Assembly: GCA_016936215.1 (NCBI GenBank)
Contig: JAFGPL010000029.1
Location: forward strand, 1-63,175
Source of the DNA: Bacteroidales bacterium
Lineage (GTDB): Bacteria > Bacteroidota > Bacteroidia > Bacteroidales > UBA10428
DNA length: 63,175 nucleotides
Direction: 5' to 3'
Every line of letters starts with the position of its first letter. Positions within the stretch are counted from its first letter, which is position 1. Both the position numbers and the translations under genes were made by a program. Shown here piece by piece: positions 10,769 to 21,300 of the stretch. Under the pieces are notes generated by a model. It had not been told where the DNA came from and did not search any database. It worked only from the letters and a program-made list of their open reading frames with translations.

Positions 10769-12052
10769 TTAATCGTACTTACGTTTAATAAACCAAAAAT
10801 CATATAATGTAAAACCTATTGAGAAAACCTGGTAAGATTCTTTTACAAGCCCGTTGTCTAATGAACCTTGCCAACCCAACTGATATGAAATATTGAACGA
10901 TGTTTTTGTCAGCAGGTTTTTCTCATTCCTCCAGGGTATACCTACACCAAAAGTTATGCCATAATCTTTAAGGTGCTCACCGTTGATTTGAAGATAAGAC
11001 TGGTTATAATAACCGCCAGCCCTGATGTTAATGCGTTGCCAATAGGGCACCCGCTTGACTTCATATAACGAAACAGGGGTATACTGAATGCCAAACCGCA
11101 TGGAGGTATACCTGGCCAGCGAGTCGGGGTTGCCGAAAAAGCGCGCGTTGGTCCAGTCTTGTTTTATATAATCGAATGCTATAAAGAGTTTATTTTTATA
11201 TGCGTAAGAACCTCCAATTCCAAACCTTAACGGTATGGTAACTGCACCTTCCTGGTCTTCCTCCATTTTCATGGTGTCAATATTCACAGTGTAACTGTTG
11301 ATGATATAAGAAGAATATTCTCCTTTAAGATCGGTTTCATTATCAAGGGTGGCCCCAAGAACAATTTGGTGATTTTCCCCGACGGAGGTAAACGCCTGGG
11401 CACCAAAATTAAACAACACATCACCTATGACCGAACGGTTAACATAAAGGGTTTGGGCATTTCCTATTGGGGGCACAATAACTGTCCTGTTTCGTTCATA
11501 GGTCCCGAAAATGTACGACATGTTCGCACCCACAGCAATGTGTTTACCAAACCGAAGTCCGGTACCGACAAAAAACCGGTTAAGGTTTCCGTTGCCTTTA
11601 AAATATATCTGGTAAATATCCTGAGTAGTGCTAAAATTACCTTCAATCATCATGTTGTATCCAATGCGGCTGTATGGGTGTACACCCATGCTTGCAGCCC
11701 ACCATTTTGTAACCGGGAAGGCAATAGCCAGGTGGCCCATGTTAAAATCATTAAGTTTAACCTTCTCAAAAGCTGAACTCAGCCTGCGTGTTTCACCGTT
11801 CAGGCCGAAATCGAGTATAAACGACATGGTATCTTGTGAAGAATAGCTTGCCGGGTTATTAAAGTTTATCTGGTTGCCAAACCTGTGCCCGATTGATGTA
11901 CCGCCCAACGACCTGTTAAGTCCCGATCCCATGAGGGAAATTTCACCCAGGCCAAACCGGGTGTAAGGCGAATTTATGGCAATCTGGGCCTTTACACCAC
12001 CGGCTGCAACCAGCATGAAAGAAAAAAGAAAAGCATTAACGTAATTTCTCAT
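10769..12052 (-). CDS. FadL-like outer-membrane beta-barrel protein
   Basis: Signal peptide, NSPYTRFGLG and NPAS N-terminal motifs, alternating beta-strands, aromatic C-terminus WFIKRKYD. Confidence 0.75.
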   Translation of the reverse strand: MRNYVNAFLFSFMLVAAGGVKAQIAINSPYTRFGLGEISLMGSGLNRSLGGTSIGHRFGNQINFNNPASYSSQDTMSFILDFGLNGETRRLSSAFEKVKLNDFNMGHLAIAFPVTKWWAASMGVHPYSRIGYNMMIEGNFSTTQDIYQIYFKGNGNLNRFFVGTGLRFGKHIAVGANMSYIFGTYERNRTVIVPPIGNAQTLYVNRSVIGDVLFNFGAQAFTSVGENHQIVLGATLDNETDLKGEYSSYIINSYTVNIDTMKMEEDQEGAVTIPLRFGIGGSYAYKNKLFIAFDYIKQDWTNARFFGNPDSLARYTSMRFGIQYTPVSLYEVKRVPYWQRINIRAGGYYNQSYLQINGEHLKDYGITFGVGIPWRNEKNLLTKTSFNISYQLGWQGSLDNGLVKESYQVFSIGFTLYDFWFIKRKYD

Positions 12053-12785
12053 TATAAAGTAATATATAATTTAGTCCTATCAATGTTAAATTCTGAACCA
12101 CAAAGATGGTTTTTTTTAGGTTTTTAACAAAAAAATCAGCATCTCCTCCAGTAAATAAAATTTTTAAATTGCTATATTTTTCTGCATACATTGAAATATA
12201 CCCTTCCATCTCATAGATCATTCCCTTAATTACCCCGCTGATAATCGCGGTTTCGGTATCAAAACCCATATCAGGGTATTGGTCTTTTGCCTTACAGGCC
12301 GGCAGTTTATCTGTAAACAAATTAAGCGCTTTAAACCGCATCTCAAGGCCGGGTGAAATATTACCACCCCAGTATTCCCCCTGTGTGTTAACAAAGTCGA
12401 AGGTTACCGCGGTACCGGCATCAACCACAAGGATATTGCTGCCCGGGTACATGGCTTTTGCCCCGGCCACGGCAGCCAACCTGTCTTTCCCAAGTGTTTC
12501 GGGGCTATGGTAATTGTTTTTGATGGGTACAGGCGTAGTCTTATCCAATAATACAAACCTGCCTTTAATATTTTCTTTTATGAAATTATCGGATTTATGG
12601 TCATGATCTTTTACACTTGAAACAATAGCGTTTTGAATATCAGGAACCTGCCGCAGAAGTTTTTCAATTTCCGGTAATACGGGCCCTGTAAAGACTGTGC
12701 TTTTTATCATCTCCGAATCACTGAAAACAGCAACTTTTGTTCTTGTGTTCCCTATATCAACAACCAGGTTCAAATTTTCACACAT
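12036..12785 (-). CDS. coaX: Type III pantothenate kinase
   Basis: VDIGNTRTK, LGKDR, VVDAGTAVT, GGNISPG, FTGGDA. Confidence 0.95.
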   Translation of the reverse strand: MCENLNLVVDIGNTRTKVAVFSDSEMIKSTVFTGPVLPEIEKLLRQVPDIQNAIVSSVKDHDHKSDNFIKENIKGRFVLLDKTTPVPIKNNYHSPETLGKDRLAAVAGAKAMYPGSNILVVDAGTAVTFDFVNTQGEYWGGNISPGLEMRFKALNLFTDKLPACKAKDQYPDMGFDTETAIISGVIKGMIYEMEGYISMYAEKYSNLKILFTGGDADFFVKNLKKTIFVVQNLTLIGLNYILLYNEKLR

Positions 12786-12880
12786 AAATTGGGTAAATAT
12801 AAATATATCTTCAAATATGTTGACAGATAAAATGTTAAAAAGGTATAAAATATCACAACAGGCTCATTATAATACTTTAA

Positions 12881-15800
12881 CTAAATCACATCAGCCAGTT
12901 TGGTCAAAATGCCGATAGCATCGTATACCGATCTGATTTTATCTACAGAAAGCTGAAGTTTATTGTTAGATTCCTTCAATTTAAAAAGCACGGGTTGTTT
13001 CTGCACATAATTAAGAATATTGGCAAAGGTAGTTGATTTGTAAAATAAAGCCTGTTGGTTTGAAACAAAGTAATTGATCATAATACCTTTACGTAATACA
13101 ATTTTTTCTATCCCGAGCGATCTGGCAAGCCACCTGAGCCTGACCACCGACAACAATTCAATGGATGCCCCGGGAAGTTTTCCAAACCTGTCTTCAAGAT
13201 GTGTTTGAAATTCGGTAAGCTTTTCTTCTGTTTCAACATTATCGAGTTCGCGATAGAGGTTTAACCTTTCAGAAACATTGGAGATGTATTCATCGGGAAA
13301 TAACAGTTCGAGATCGGTATCAACCTGGCACTCTTCAACATATTTTTCGGGTATTTTTTGTCCGTTTACAACCTGTTCAGCCGTATCAAATAGCCCCGGG
13401 TACTCTGTTTCCCTGAGTTCCCGTATTGCTTCATTAAGTATCCGGTTGTATACTTCAAACCCGATATCGGCAATAAACCCGCTTTGCTCCGCACCTAAAA
13501 GATTTCCGGCACCCCTGATATCAAGGTCCTGAAGGGCAATATTCATCCCGCTGCCAAGTCCTGAAAACTCCTCAATAGCCTTAAGCCGCCTTCTTGCTTC
13601 CGGGGTAAGTAAACTTAACGGCGGGGCCAGAAGATAACATACCGCCTTTTTATTCGACCTCCCCACCCTTCCGCGCAACTGGTGAAGGTCGCTCAGACCG
13701 AAATGGTGTGCATTGTTAATGAATATGGTGTTGGCATTGGGGATATCAAGGCCCGATTCGATGATCGCTGTGGAGACCAGCACATCATAATCTCCGTTAA
13801 TAAAATCGAGCATTATCCTTTCGAGCCTGCTGCCTTCCATTTGTCCGTGGGCCACCAGGGTCTTAATCTTAGGGCATAGCCTGTTTATCAACCGCTCTAT
13901 TTCCTCAATGTTCTGAACCCGGTTATGGATAAAAAATACCTGACCTCCTCGGTTCACTTCAAATTCTATGCCCTCGGCAATGATATCTTCGTTAAACACG
14001 TGCAGTTCGGTGGCAATGGGATACCTGTTCGGTGGCGGGGTATTGATAATTGACAGGTCGCGGGAACCCATCAGCGAGAATTGCAATGTGCGCGGTATGG
14101 GTGTAGCCGTGAGGGTGAGCGTATCAATATTCTCCCTCATCGCCCTTAGTTTTTCTTTTGCCGCAACCCCAAATTTCTGTTCCTCATCAATAATCAGCAG
14201 GCCAAGGTCTTTGAACTGCACTTCTTTTCCTAGCAGTTTATGTGTGCCGATAATAATATCGGTTTTGCCTTCCCTGAGACGGGTTAATATCTGCTTCTGC
14301 TCTTTTGCCGCTTTGAAACGAGAAATGTAGTCAATATTACACGGAAAATCCTTTAACCTGTCTTTAAAGGTGTTGAAATGCTGAAGTGCCAGGATGGTGG
14401 TTGGCACCAGGATGGCAACCTGTTTGTTGTCGGCCGCTGCCTTGAAAGCAGCCCGCACGGCTATCTCGGTTTTACCAAAGCCGACATCTCCGCACACAAG
14501 CCTGTCCATAGGCGAAGCCGATTCCATATCCTGCTTCACGGCGTTGGTGGCGGTAAGCTGGTCAGGTGTATCTTCGTAAATAAACGATGCTTCCAGTTCG
14601 TTCTGCAGATAGCTGTCGGGAGAATACCTGAAACCGTCCAATGTTTTCCGCTTTGCATAAAGCGCAATCAGATCTTTGGCTATGTCTTTGATTTTCTTCT
14701 TGGTGGCTTGCTTAAGTTTTTGCCATGCCCCGGACCCGAGTTTATATATTTTTGGGGGCGCTTCGTCTTTCCCCTTGTATTTCGAAATTCTGTGAAGCGA
14801 ATGGATACTTACATACAACGTGTCTTTATCCTGGTAAATAAGCCTGATGGCTTCCTGCATTTTTCCGTTGACCTCAATTTTTTCGAGGCCGCCGAACCGC
14901 CCGATACCATGGTCAATATGCACTACATAGTCTCCCGGATGCAGGCTGGTAAGCTCTTTAAGCGTTAAGGCAGCTTTGTTTATAAATTCGGTATTCAGCC
15001 TGTATTTATGGTAACGCTCAAATATCTGGTGGTCGGTATAACAGCAGATTTTCAGTTCATGGTCGGCAAATCCATCGTGAAGTGTGCGGGTACAAGGGAT
15101 AAATTGTATTTCACTGTTAATCTCATGAAAGATAGACTTCAAGCGGTCTATCTGTTTTTCACTTTCTGAAAGTATATAACATGAATAACCTTCTTTCTGG
15201 AATTCTATCATGTTATTTGCCAGCAGATTAAAATTCTTATTGAAAGCCGGCTGCAAAAATGAATTGAAAACGAATTCCTTATCGGGGGTATAAAAAGGCC
15301 GCGCGCCGCTTTCTATGGTTTTGAAACGGTTGAGGCATTCAATAAAATAGTGGCCGGTAATTAGGTTAAGTTCTTTTTCCCATGTGATATTATCTTCGGT
15401 AATCCTTTGCTTATCGGTGTTTTCATAAATTTCGCCGAGGGTATCCGAAACAAACCTTGTATCTGTTATCCATACCAGGGTATCAGACGGAATAAAATCA
15501 AGGAAAGATTCTTTAACATCATTGATAGAAAACTTCTGAACATCGGGGAGGATAGAAATCTGATCGAAATGCTGCTCCGAAAGCTGCGTTTCGATATTGA
15601 ATGACCGGATTGAATCTACTTCATCACCAAAAAAATCTATACGGAAAGGCTCTTTACTGGCGAATGAATAGATGTCAACGATACCTCCACGAATGGCATA
15701 CTGCCCCGGCTCGTAAACAAAATCGGTTCTTTGAAACCGGTATTCATGAAGTACCTCCTCTATAAATTCAATCCCAATTTTTTCACCTTTTACAAGTTTA

Positions 15801-16249
15801 AGCGTGTTCTTTAAAAGTTTTTGATGGGTTACTACTTTCTCAACCAGCGCTTCGGGATAAGTAACTATGACCAGGTTACCGTTTGATTGATCAGTATTTT
15901 TTTTCAGTTCACCGATGGCATTCATCACTTCGTGGCGAAGAATAATGCTTGCATTGTCTATCTGTTGGTAACGTACTGAGCGTTTATAAGACGAAGGAAA
16001 AAAGCAGATATTTGCATCACCCAGAAGGTTGAGAAGGTCGGTGTAATAGTATGCCGCGGATTCCTTATCCGGAAGGATGAAAAGATGATGTTTCCGGGTA
16101 TTCCGGATTATGGCCGCTGAAAACAATGATTTTGCCGAACCCGATAATCCTTTAAGATGAAATCGTTTGTCAGAAGATTTCAGTTGTTCGGTCAACGAAT
16201 TACATTGGGGGTATTTTTCTGCTTTACCGATTAATTCCTCTAAAGCCAC
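12881..16249 (-). CDS. mfd: Transcription-repair coupling factor
   Basis: UvrB-homology region, CarD-like RID (VVHIDHGIG), CGDVGFGKT, DEEQKFG, TATPIPR, QLRGRVGR, TRCF C-terminus; GTG start. Confidence 0.97.
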   Translation of the reverse strand: MALEELIGKAEKYPQCNSLTEQLKSSDKRFHLKGLSGSAKSLFSAAIIRNTRKHHLFILPDKESAAYYYTDLLNLLGDANICFFPSSYKRSVRYQQIDNASIILRHEVMNAIGELKKNTDQSNGNLVIVTYPEALVEKVVTHQKLLKNTLKLVKGEKIGIEFIEEVLHEYRFQRTDFVYEPGQYAIRGGIVDIYSFASKEPFRIDFFGDEVDSIRSFNIETQLSEQHFDQISILPDVQKFSINDVKESFLDFIPSDTLVWITDTRFVSDTLGEIYENTDKQRITEDNITWEKELNLITGHYFIECLNRFKTIESGARPFYTPDKEFVFNSFLQPAFNKNFNLLANNMIEFQKEGYSCYILSESEKQIDRLKSIFHEINSEIQFIPCTRTLHDGFADHELKICCYTDHQIFERYHKYRLNTEFINKAALTLKELTSLHPGDYVVHIDHGIGRFGGLEKIEVNGKMQEAIRLIYQDKDTLYVSIHSLHRISKYKGKDEAPPKIYKLGSGAWQKLKQATKKKIKDIAKDLIALYAKRKTLDGFRYSPDSYLQNELEASFIYEDTPDQLTATNAVKQDMESASPMDRLVCGDVGFGKTEIAVRAAFKAAADNKQVAILVPTTILALQHFNTFKDRLKDFPCNIDYISRFKAAKEQKQILTRLREGKTDIIIGTHKLLGKEVQFKDLGLLIIDEEQKFGVAAKEKLRAMRENIDTLTLTATPIPRTLQFSLMGSRDLSIINTPPPNRYPIATELHVFNEDIIAEGIEFEVNRGGQVFFIHNRVQNIEEIERLINRLCPKIKTLVAHGQMEGSRLERIMLDFINGDYDVLVSTAIIESGLDIPNANTIFINNAHHFGLSDLHQLRGRVGRSNKKAVCYLLAPPLSLLTPEARRRLKAIEEFSGLGSGMNIALQDLDIRGAGNLLGAEQSGFIADIGFEVYNRILNEAIRELRETEYPGLFDTAEQVVNGQKIPEKYVEECQVDTDLELLFPDEYISNVSERLNLYRELDNVETEEKLTEFQTHLEDRFGKLPGASIELLSVVRLRWLARSLGIEKIVLRKGIMINYFVSNQQALFYKSTTFANILNYVQKQPVLFKLKESNNKLQLSVDKIRSVYDAIGILTKLADVI

Positions 16250-16587
16250 AAATGAACTGTCTTAAGATATGATTTTAATGAAAATGAAACCGCGCAAAAT
16301 TCGGCATTTTTTTTATAAATCGAAACAAATACCGATGAATTAGCATGAGCAGCCTTTATGCAGAAGGCTTTCAAACAAATCGCGGTTAATTAATACGTAG
16401 CATGGTTTAAGAATTAAGTCTAAATCAATGAATATGGCAAATATTTCAATTACTTTTTAAATGCAACAACAATCAAGGCATACGTTAATATTTCCTTAAA
16501 TATAAATGCAATATGCGGTTTGTCATAACACAGGTTTCATGAATTGTATTATCTTTTCATCCTAAAAAAAAGACAACCGGACAGGCA

Positions 16588-17877
16588 ATGAAAGTATTCA
16601 AATTTGGCGGGGCCTCTATAAAAAGCGCAGAGGCTGTAAAAAACCTTGAAAAGATTGTAAAAATGTTCAACGAACCTTTGCTGATAGTAATTTCGGCTAT
16701 GGGTAAAATGACCAATGCACTGGAAAAGGTCACCGAAGATTATTTTAACCGCAATCCCCGGCTTCAGCAGAGCCTTCAGTTTGTCAAGGATTATCACTAT
16801 GCCATTATTGACGGCCTGTTTGCGGGTAACACTGAGGAGGTTTATAATGATATAGGCCACACTTTTGCCAGGCTCGAAGAAAAACTTGAGGAAGAGCCTT
16901 CTCTGCATTATAATTTTGAATACGACCAGGTTGTTTGTTACGGTGAACTCCTGTCCACCAAAATTGTGGCCCATTATCTTCAGTCGGAAAAACCGGAGGT
17001 GAAATGGATGGATATAAGAAAGTATCTTAAAACAGATAATAATTACCGCGAAGCAAAGGTAAATTACGAAATGTCTGAAAAATTCGTGAAGGAAGCATTC
17101 CATTTTAAAGATTCAAAAGTATATATCACCCAGGGATTTATTGGTTCAACACTGAATAACCTCTCCACCACACTGGGAAGGGAAGGGTCTGATTTTTCGG
17201 CTGCTGTGCTCGCCTATTTTCTCGACCTTAAGGAAGTTACAATCTGGAAAGATGTCCCTGGTGTGTTGAATGCCGATCCAAAATATTTTGACAACACTGT
17301 TAAACTCGATAAAATATCGTATATTGATGCCATTGAGCTGGCTTATTACGGTACCAGCGTGATCCATCCCAAAACAGTGCAGCCATTACAAAGAAAAAAA
17401 ATAAAGCTGCATGTAAGGTCTTTTGTTGAACCAGACCTCCAGGGTACTATCATAGGTGATGATAGTTATGACACACTAATCCCTTCATTCATTTTTAAGC
17501 TTGGGCAGGTATTGGTTGAGTTTTTCCCACGCGATCTTTCGTTTATTGCCGAAGACAACCTGGAAAAGATTTTTGGATCGTTTGCCAGGCACAGCCTCAG
17601 GATGAACCTGATGCAAAATTCGGCTGTGAGTTTTAAGGTGCTGGTAAATAACGATGCATCAAGGATCAACCCTGTAAAAGCCGAACTTGAAAAAGAGTTT
17701 GATGTAAAAATTACCGAAGGCCTGGAATTAATAACCATCAGGTATTACGATGAGAATACCATAGCCCGTGTAATGAAAAATAAAGAGCTGATTATGGAAC
17801 AGCGGAACCAAAAAACCATCCAGATGGTTGTAAAAGACCTCGGCACCAACAATGATACAAATGCTGAAAAGCTTTAA
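16588..17877 (+). CDS. lysC: Monofunctional aspartate kinase
   Basis: KFGGAS, ISAMGKMTN, GELLS, TTLGREGSDFSA, KDVPGVLNADP. Confidence 0.9.
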   Translation: MKVFKFGGASIKSAEAVKNLEKIVKMFNEPLLIVISAMGKMTNALEKVTEDYFNRNPRLQQSLQFVKDYHYAIIDGLFAGNTEEVYNDIGHTFARLEEKLEEEPSLHYNFEYDQVVCYGELLSTKIVAHYLQSEKPEVKWMDIRKYLKTDNNYREAKVNYEMSEKFVKEAFHFKDSKVYITQGFIGSTLNNLSTTLGREGSDFSAAVLAYFLDLKEVTIWKDVPGVLNADPKYFDNTVKLDKISYIDAIELAYYGTSVIHPKTVQPLQRKKIKLHVRSFVEPDLQGTIIGDDSYDTLIPSFIFKLGQVLVEFFPRDLSFIAEDNLEKIFGSFARHSLRMNLMQNSAVSFKVLVNNDASRINPVKAELEKEFDVKITEGLELITIRYYDENTIARVMKNKELIMEQRNQKTIQMVVKDLGTNNDTNAEKL

Positions 17878-17879
17878 TA

Positions 17880-18260
17880 TTAAGCGTTGATAAGCTTTTC
17901 GTAATCTTCGGGCGTAAGCAGCGATTTCAGGTGTTCTGCATCTTTCATTTTGATTTTTATCAGCCAGCCTTCGCCATAAGGGTCTTTGTTTACCAGTTCG
18001 GGTTTTTCTTCGAGTTTTGAATTGACCTCAATTACTTTACCGTCAACAGGCATAAAAAGATCTGATACAGTTTTCACAGCTTCCACTGTACCGAATACTT
18101 CACCCTGCCCGAGCTCTTCACCCTGTGTCTCTATTTCAAGAAATACGATGTCGCCAAGTTCGCCCTGTGCATAATCGGTAATGCCTATAACAGCATTTTC
18201 GCCGTCTGGTTTGATCCATTCATGGTCTTTTGTAAACCGAAGATCTTTTGGTATATTCAT
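17880..18260 (-). CDS. gcvH: Glycine cleavage system H protein
   Basis: HEW, GITDYAQGELGDIVF, lipoyl site EAVKTVSD, NKDPYGEGW. Confidence 0.97.
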   Translation of the reverse strand: MNIPKDLRFTKDHEWIKPDGENAVIGITDYAQGELGDIVFLEIETQGEELGQGEVFGTVEAVKTVSDLFMPVDGKVIEVNSKLEEKPELVNKDPYGEGWLIKIKMKDAEHLKSLLTPEDYEKLINA

Positions 18261-18281
18261 GTTTTTTTGTTTTCAGTTGAA

Positions 18282-18289
18282 CAAAAATA
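18282..18289 (-). promoter_or_regulatory. -7 promoter element for gcvH
   Basis: TATTTTTG on the minus strand, 21 nt before ATG. Confidence 0.5.
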
Positions 18290-18343
18290 CATTTTTTTCA
18301 AAGGAGTTGAAGTTAATTTTTATCAGGTTTTTTCAACATGCTG

Positions 18344-21300
18344 TTATTGCAACGAGAATTTTATGCTGAAACCGATATTGGTGTCAACGGTAAGGAATGT
18401 TCCTGAACTGTAAGGTTTATTGAGTGTCCGGTCGAAGAAAAACTGCAGGTTGAATCGCGGGCTGAGGGCATAATCGGCGGTGACATTTATTTTCACGATC
18501 CTCTGTCCGGCAGTAACCTGTTCTGCCTCATCTTCAATATCTTCGGCAAGATGCCTGATCACTGTTTTATTGTCGCGGACGGAAAAGTCAACCCTCAGGT
18601 TAAGATCGCTCTTCACGGTCCTGTTGTTAATGGTAAGGGGCACCTCTTTGAACCTGTAGCCCGAACCGATGATCAAATCATCGTTCCTGGTATCGGTAAC
18701 CTGGTTGTTTGCAAGCCCTAATGCCAGTGTTCGTGATTTTCCGATTTCAAAACGTGTAAGCAGGTTATTTTTCCATGTAATGTTTACATTGATTAAAGGG
18801 CTTATTTTCTCGGTGATTGAAACCGAATTGATCAGGTATTCGGGATAGAAATTGTTATTAAAATCCCTGATATAGGCAATTCCGTCTTCGGCAAAGGTCA
18901 GGTCGGTATAGGTTGTATAGGAGCCAATGTTGTAAGAAGACTGGTATGTATGCCTTATGTTAATAGAATTGGCAAACCTTTTAAAGAACCCGATACGCGA
19001 CAGCCCGTCGAAATTCAGCGACCAGTTCGGCAACATGCTCAGGAATCCCGGAAAAGGTTCAAGGGTTACTTTTCCCGGGTCTTTGCCGGTATAAGCAGCA
19101 AGAAATGCCGGAATGATCACTTCGGCGGAGGTAGGCCCGTACCCGTCGGCATAACCATAATTCATAATGGCAGTAGCCGAACCGCTGTAACCAATACCAC
19201 TTTCCTGAACCCTTTTATTGTAGAGCCTTCCTGAAATGATAGTCCGGTAGCGTTTAAAATTTTCAAAATACTCCGATTTAAAGTTATCTTCAAGTTCAAG
19301 TTTTTCGAATGCAGAACCGATGGTAATTACAGACATCATGAAATTACCGTTTTGAATACGGTTTGCGAAACTGAAATTTCCACCGGCAGATTCCGGGGGC
19401 AGGAAGTACTCGCTAATATTCTGCGAATACATTCTTTGTGCTTTAATATCAATACGCAAACCCCTGAAAGGCTCGAAAGTACCCTGAAGGTTCAGGTTTT
19501 CGGTAAATTGCATGGAGTAAGGATTGCTGAAAGCCGGGTTGGTAGTCAGCCATTGGTTGCGGGCAGCATTTTTTACGAAACTCGAATCCTGCCAGCCGAG
19601 GATAAAGGGTATTCCCGGGGCAAGCCCTGTAGATGTGGAGGTAAGACCAAACATATCGGTCTCGTTGTTATAACCCATCAGGTTGGTCCCCCCGTTTCTT
19701 GAATAATTTATCGTTACCGATTTCAAACCCGTTAAAAACCTTACCGAGTTTTCTGCAATAAAAATTACCGGGTTCTCACCCTTTTCAATCTGTCCTTCAA
19801 TATTAACCGTAATACCAGCAATATCGGTTTCCGATGTAATGGCAATTTTGTTTTCGTTGACAATTTCCGTTTCAACTTCCACCTCTTTATTATCGGCATC
19901 AAGCACGGTGACAGTTAACTTGGTTGTACCCAGTTTATGGACGATATTCTTTGGCTGACCGGCTTTAAGGAATGTTCTTCTTGAAAAGGTTACCGTTTTA
20001 TATTTCTTCTCCGATTCGGGTTTTTTTGCCCCTTTGTATTTGGCGTCAATTCGTTTAATGAACCCAACCTTATAGTACAGGTTCATAAGGTTCAACTGGT
20101 TGGTAAACTGCATGGTATTGGCGTTTCTGATGGTATGGCCCAGGGTGTAACCTCCCTCATAAACAGGCCCCCTGTCCCAGAAAAATTTACCGCTATAGCT
20201 TACCGATGAAGATATCCAGTTGAGCAATGGTATTTTGTTTATCGGGAGGGTGTATGATGCATTAAAAGTATGGTTATAGCTGTTGTTTGTCCCGAAATTT
20301 CTGATACTTCGCCACACAGAGTCTTTCCAGTACTGGTTATTACCTTCACGGAACAGATCATAGGCACCAGTGGGTTCATCAATCCTGGCAATGTTGGTGG
20401 CAGAAAAATCAACCTTGATAGACCTCGTAAGCTGCCATTGCATCATATAAAAACGGTTCCAGGTAAAATCTTTGTTCACCGATGAGTCTATCCTTATGTC
20501 TTTATCGAGCACATTTCGCAGTTTGATCTCGTTGTAATACCTGTCAATATCGGTTCTGAATGTGAACTGCGAAGGTACGGGGCTGAAATTGAAATCTTTT
20601 ATCAGCCTTAGGTAAGGTGAGTTCATTCCCTTGGTTTTCTTGAAGGGAATGACGCTTACCGGACGCATTGCATATGTGTAATTGATGCCGGCACGATATT
20701 TAACAAGGTCGTTTCGCTCTACCTTATAACTATGCGATTTAACGTCGCTGTATCCTGCGCTCACAGACAGATTGGCAGGCGACAGGGGCTTTAGCTTTTT
20801 AAATTCTTTGGCAACCCTTACATTGGTAAAATTTATGCTTTTACGTTCGGTAATATCCTGCGAAACTTTTTTAATCTCATCACGTTCTGCTTTTGTTTCC
20901 GCTTTATCAAGAACATCTTTGAGCAACCTGTCAGGCTCTTTGGGTGCATATTCGGGATTAATAATTGATTTCGAAACGCCTACAAAAGCCGGGATTGAGA
21001 CCTTGGCTTTTTCAGGGAAAAACTTACCGAGTTCGAGGTTTGAGGAAATATCGTACTGGTTAAGCTGTTCATGTTTTCTTTCCATAACTTTTTGTTCGAT
21101 ACTCCCAAAACCTGGCTGAATGGTGCTTCCGGCCACCGACAGTGTGCCGAGGTCGGCAAGGCGCAACTGCACGCGTGCATTGGCGGCCCATCCGCCTTTA
21201 TTGTTAAAGTCCTCCAGCCTAAGCTCGTTGAACCATATTTCAGCGCTTTTCGGCAACCCGTCGTTGGGATACTGGTTATCGGCATCTCCGGGGTTCCTGA

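Noticed and set aside
16250-16587. Lysine riboswitch or leader peptide upstream of aspartate kinase
   Set aside because: No L-box consensus or Lys/Thr/Met-rich leader found; only a weak AGCCTT/AAGGCT hairpin.
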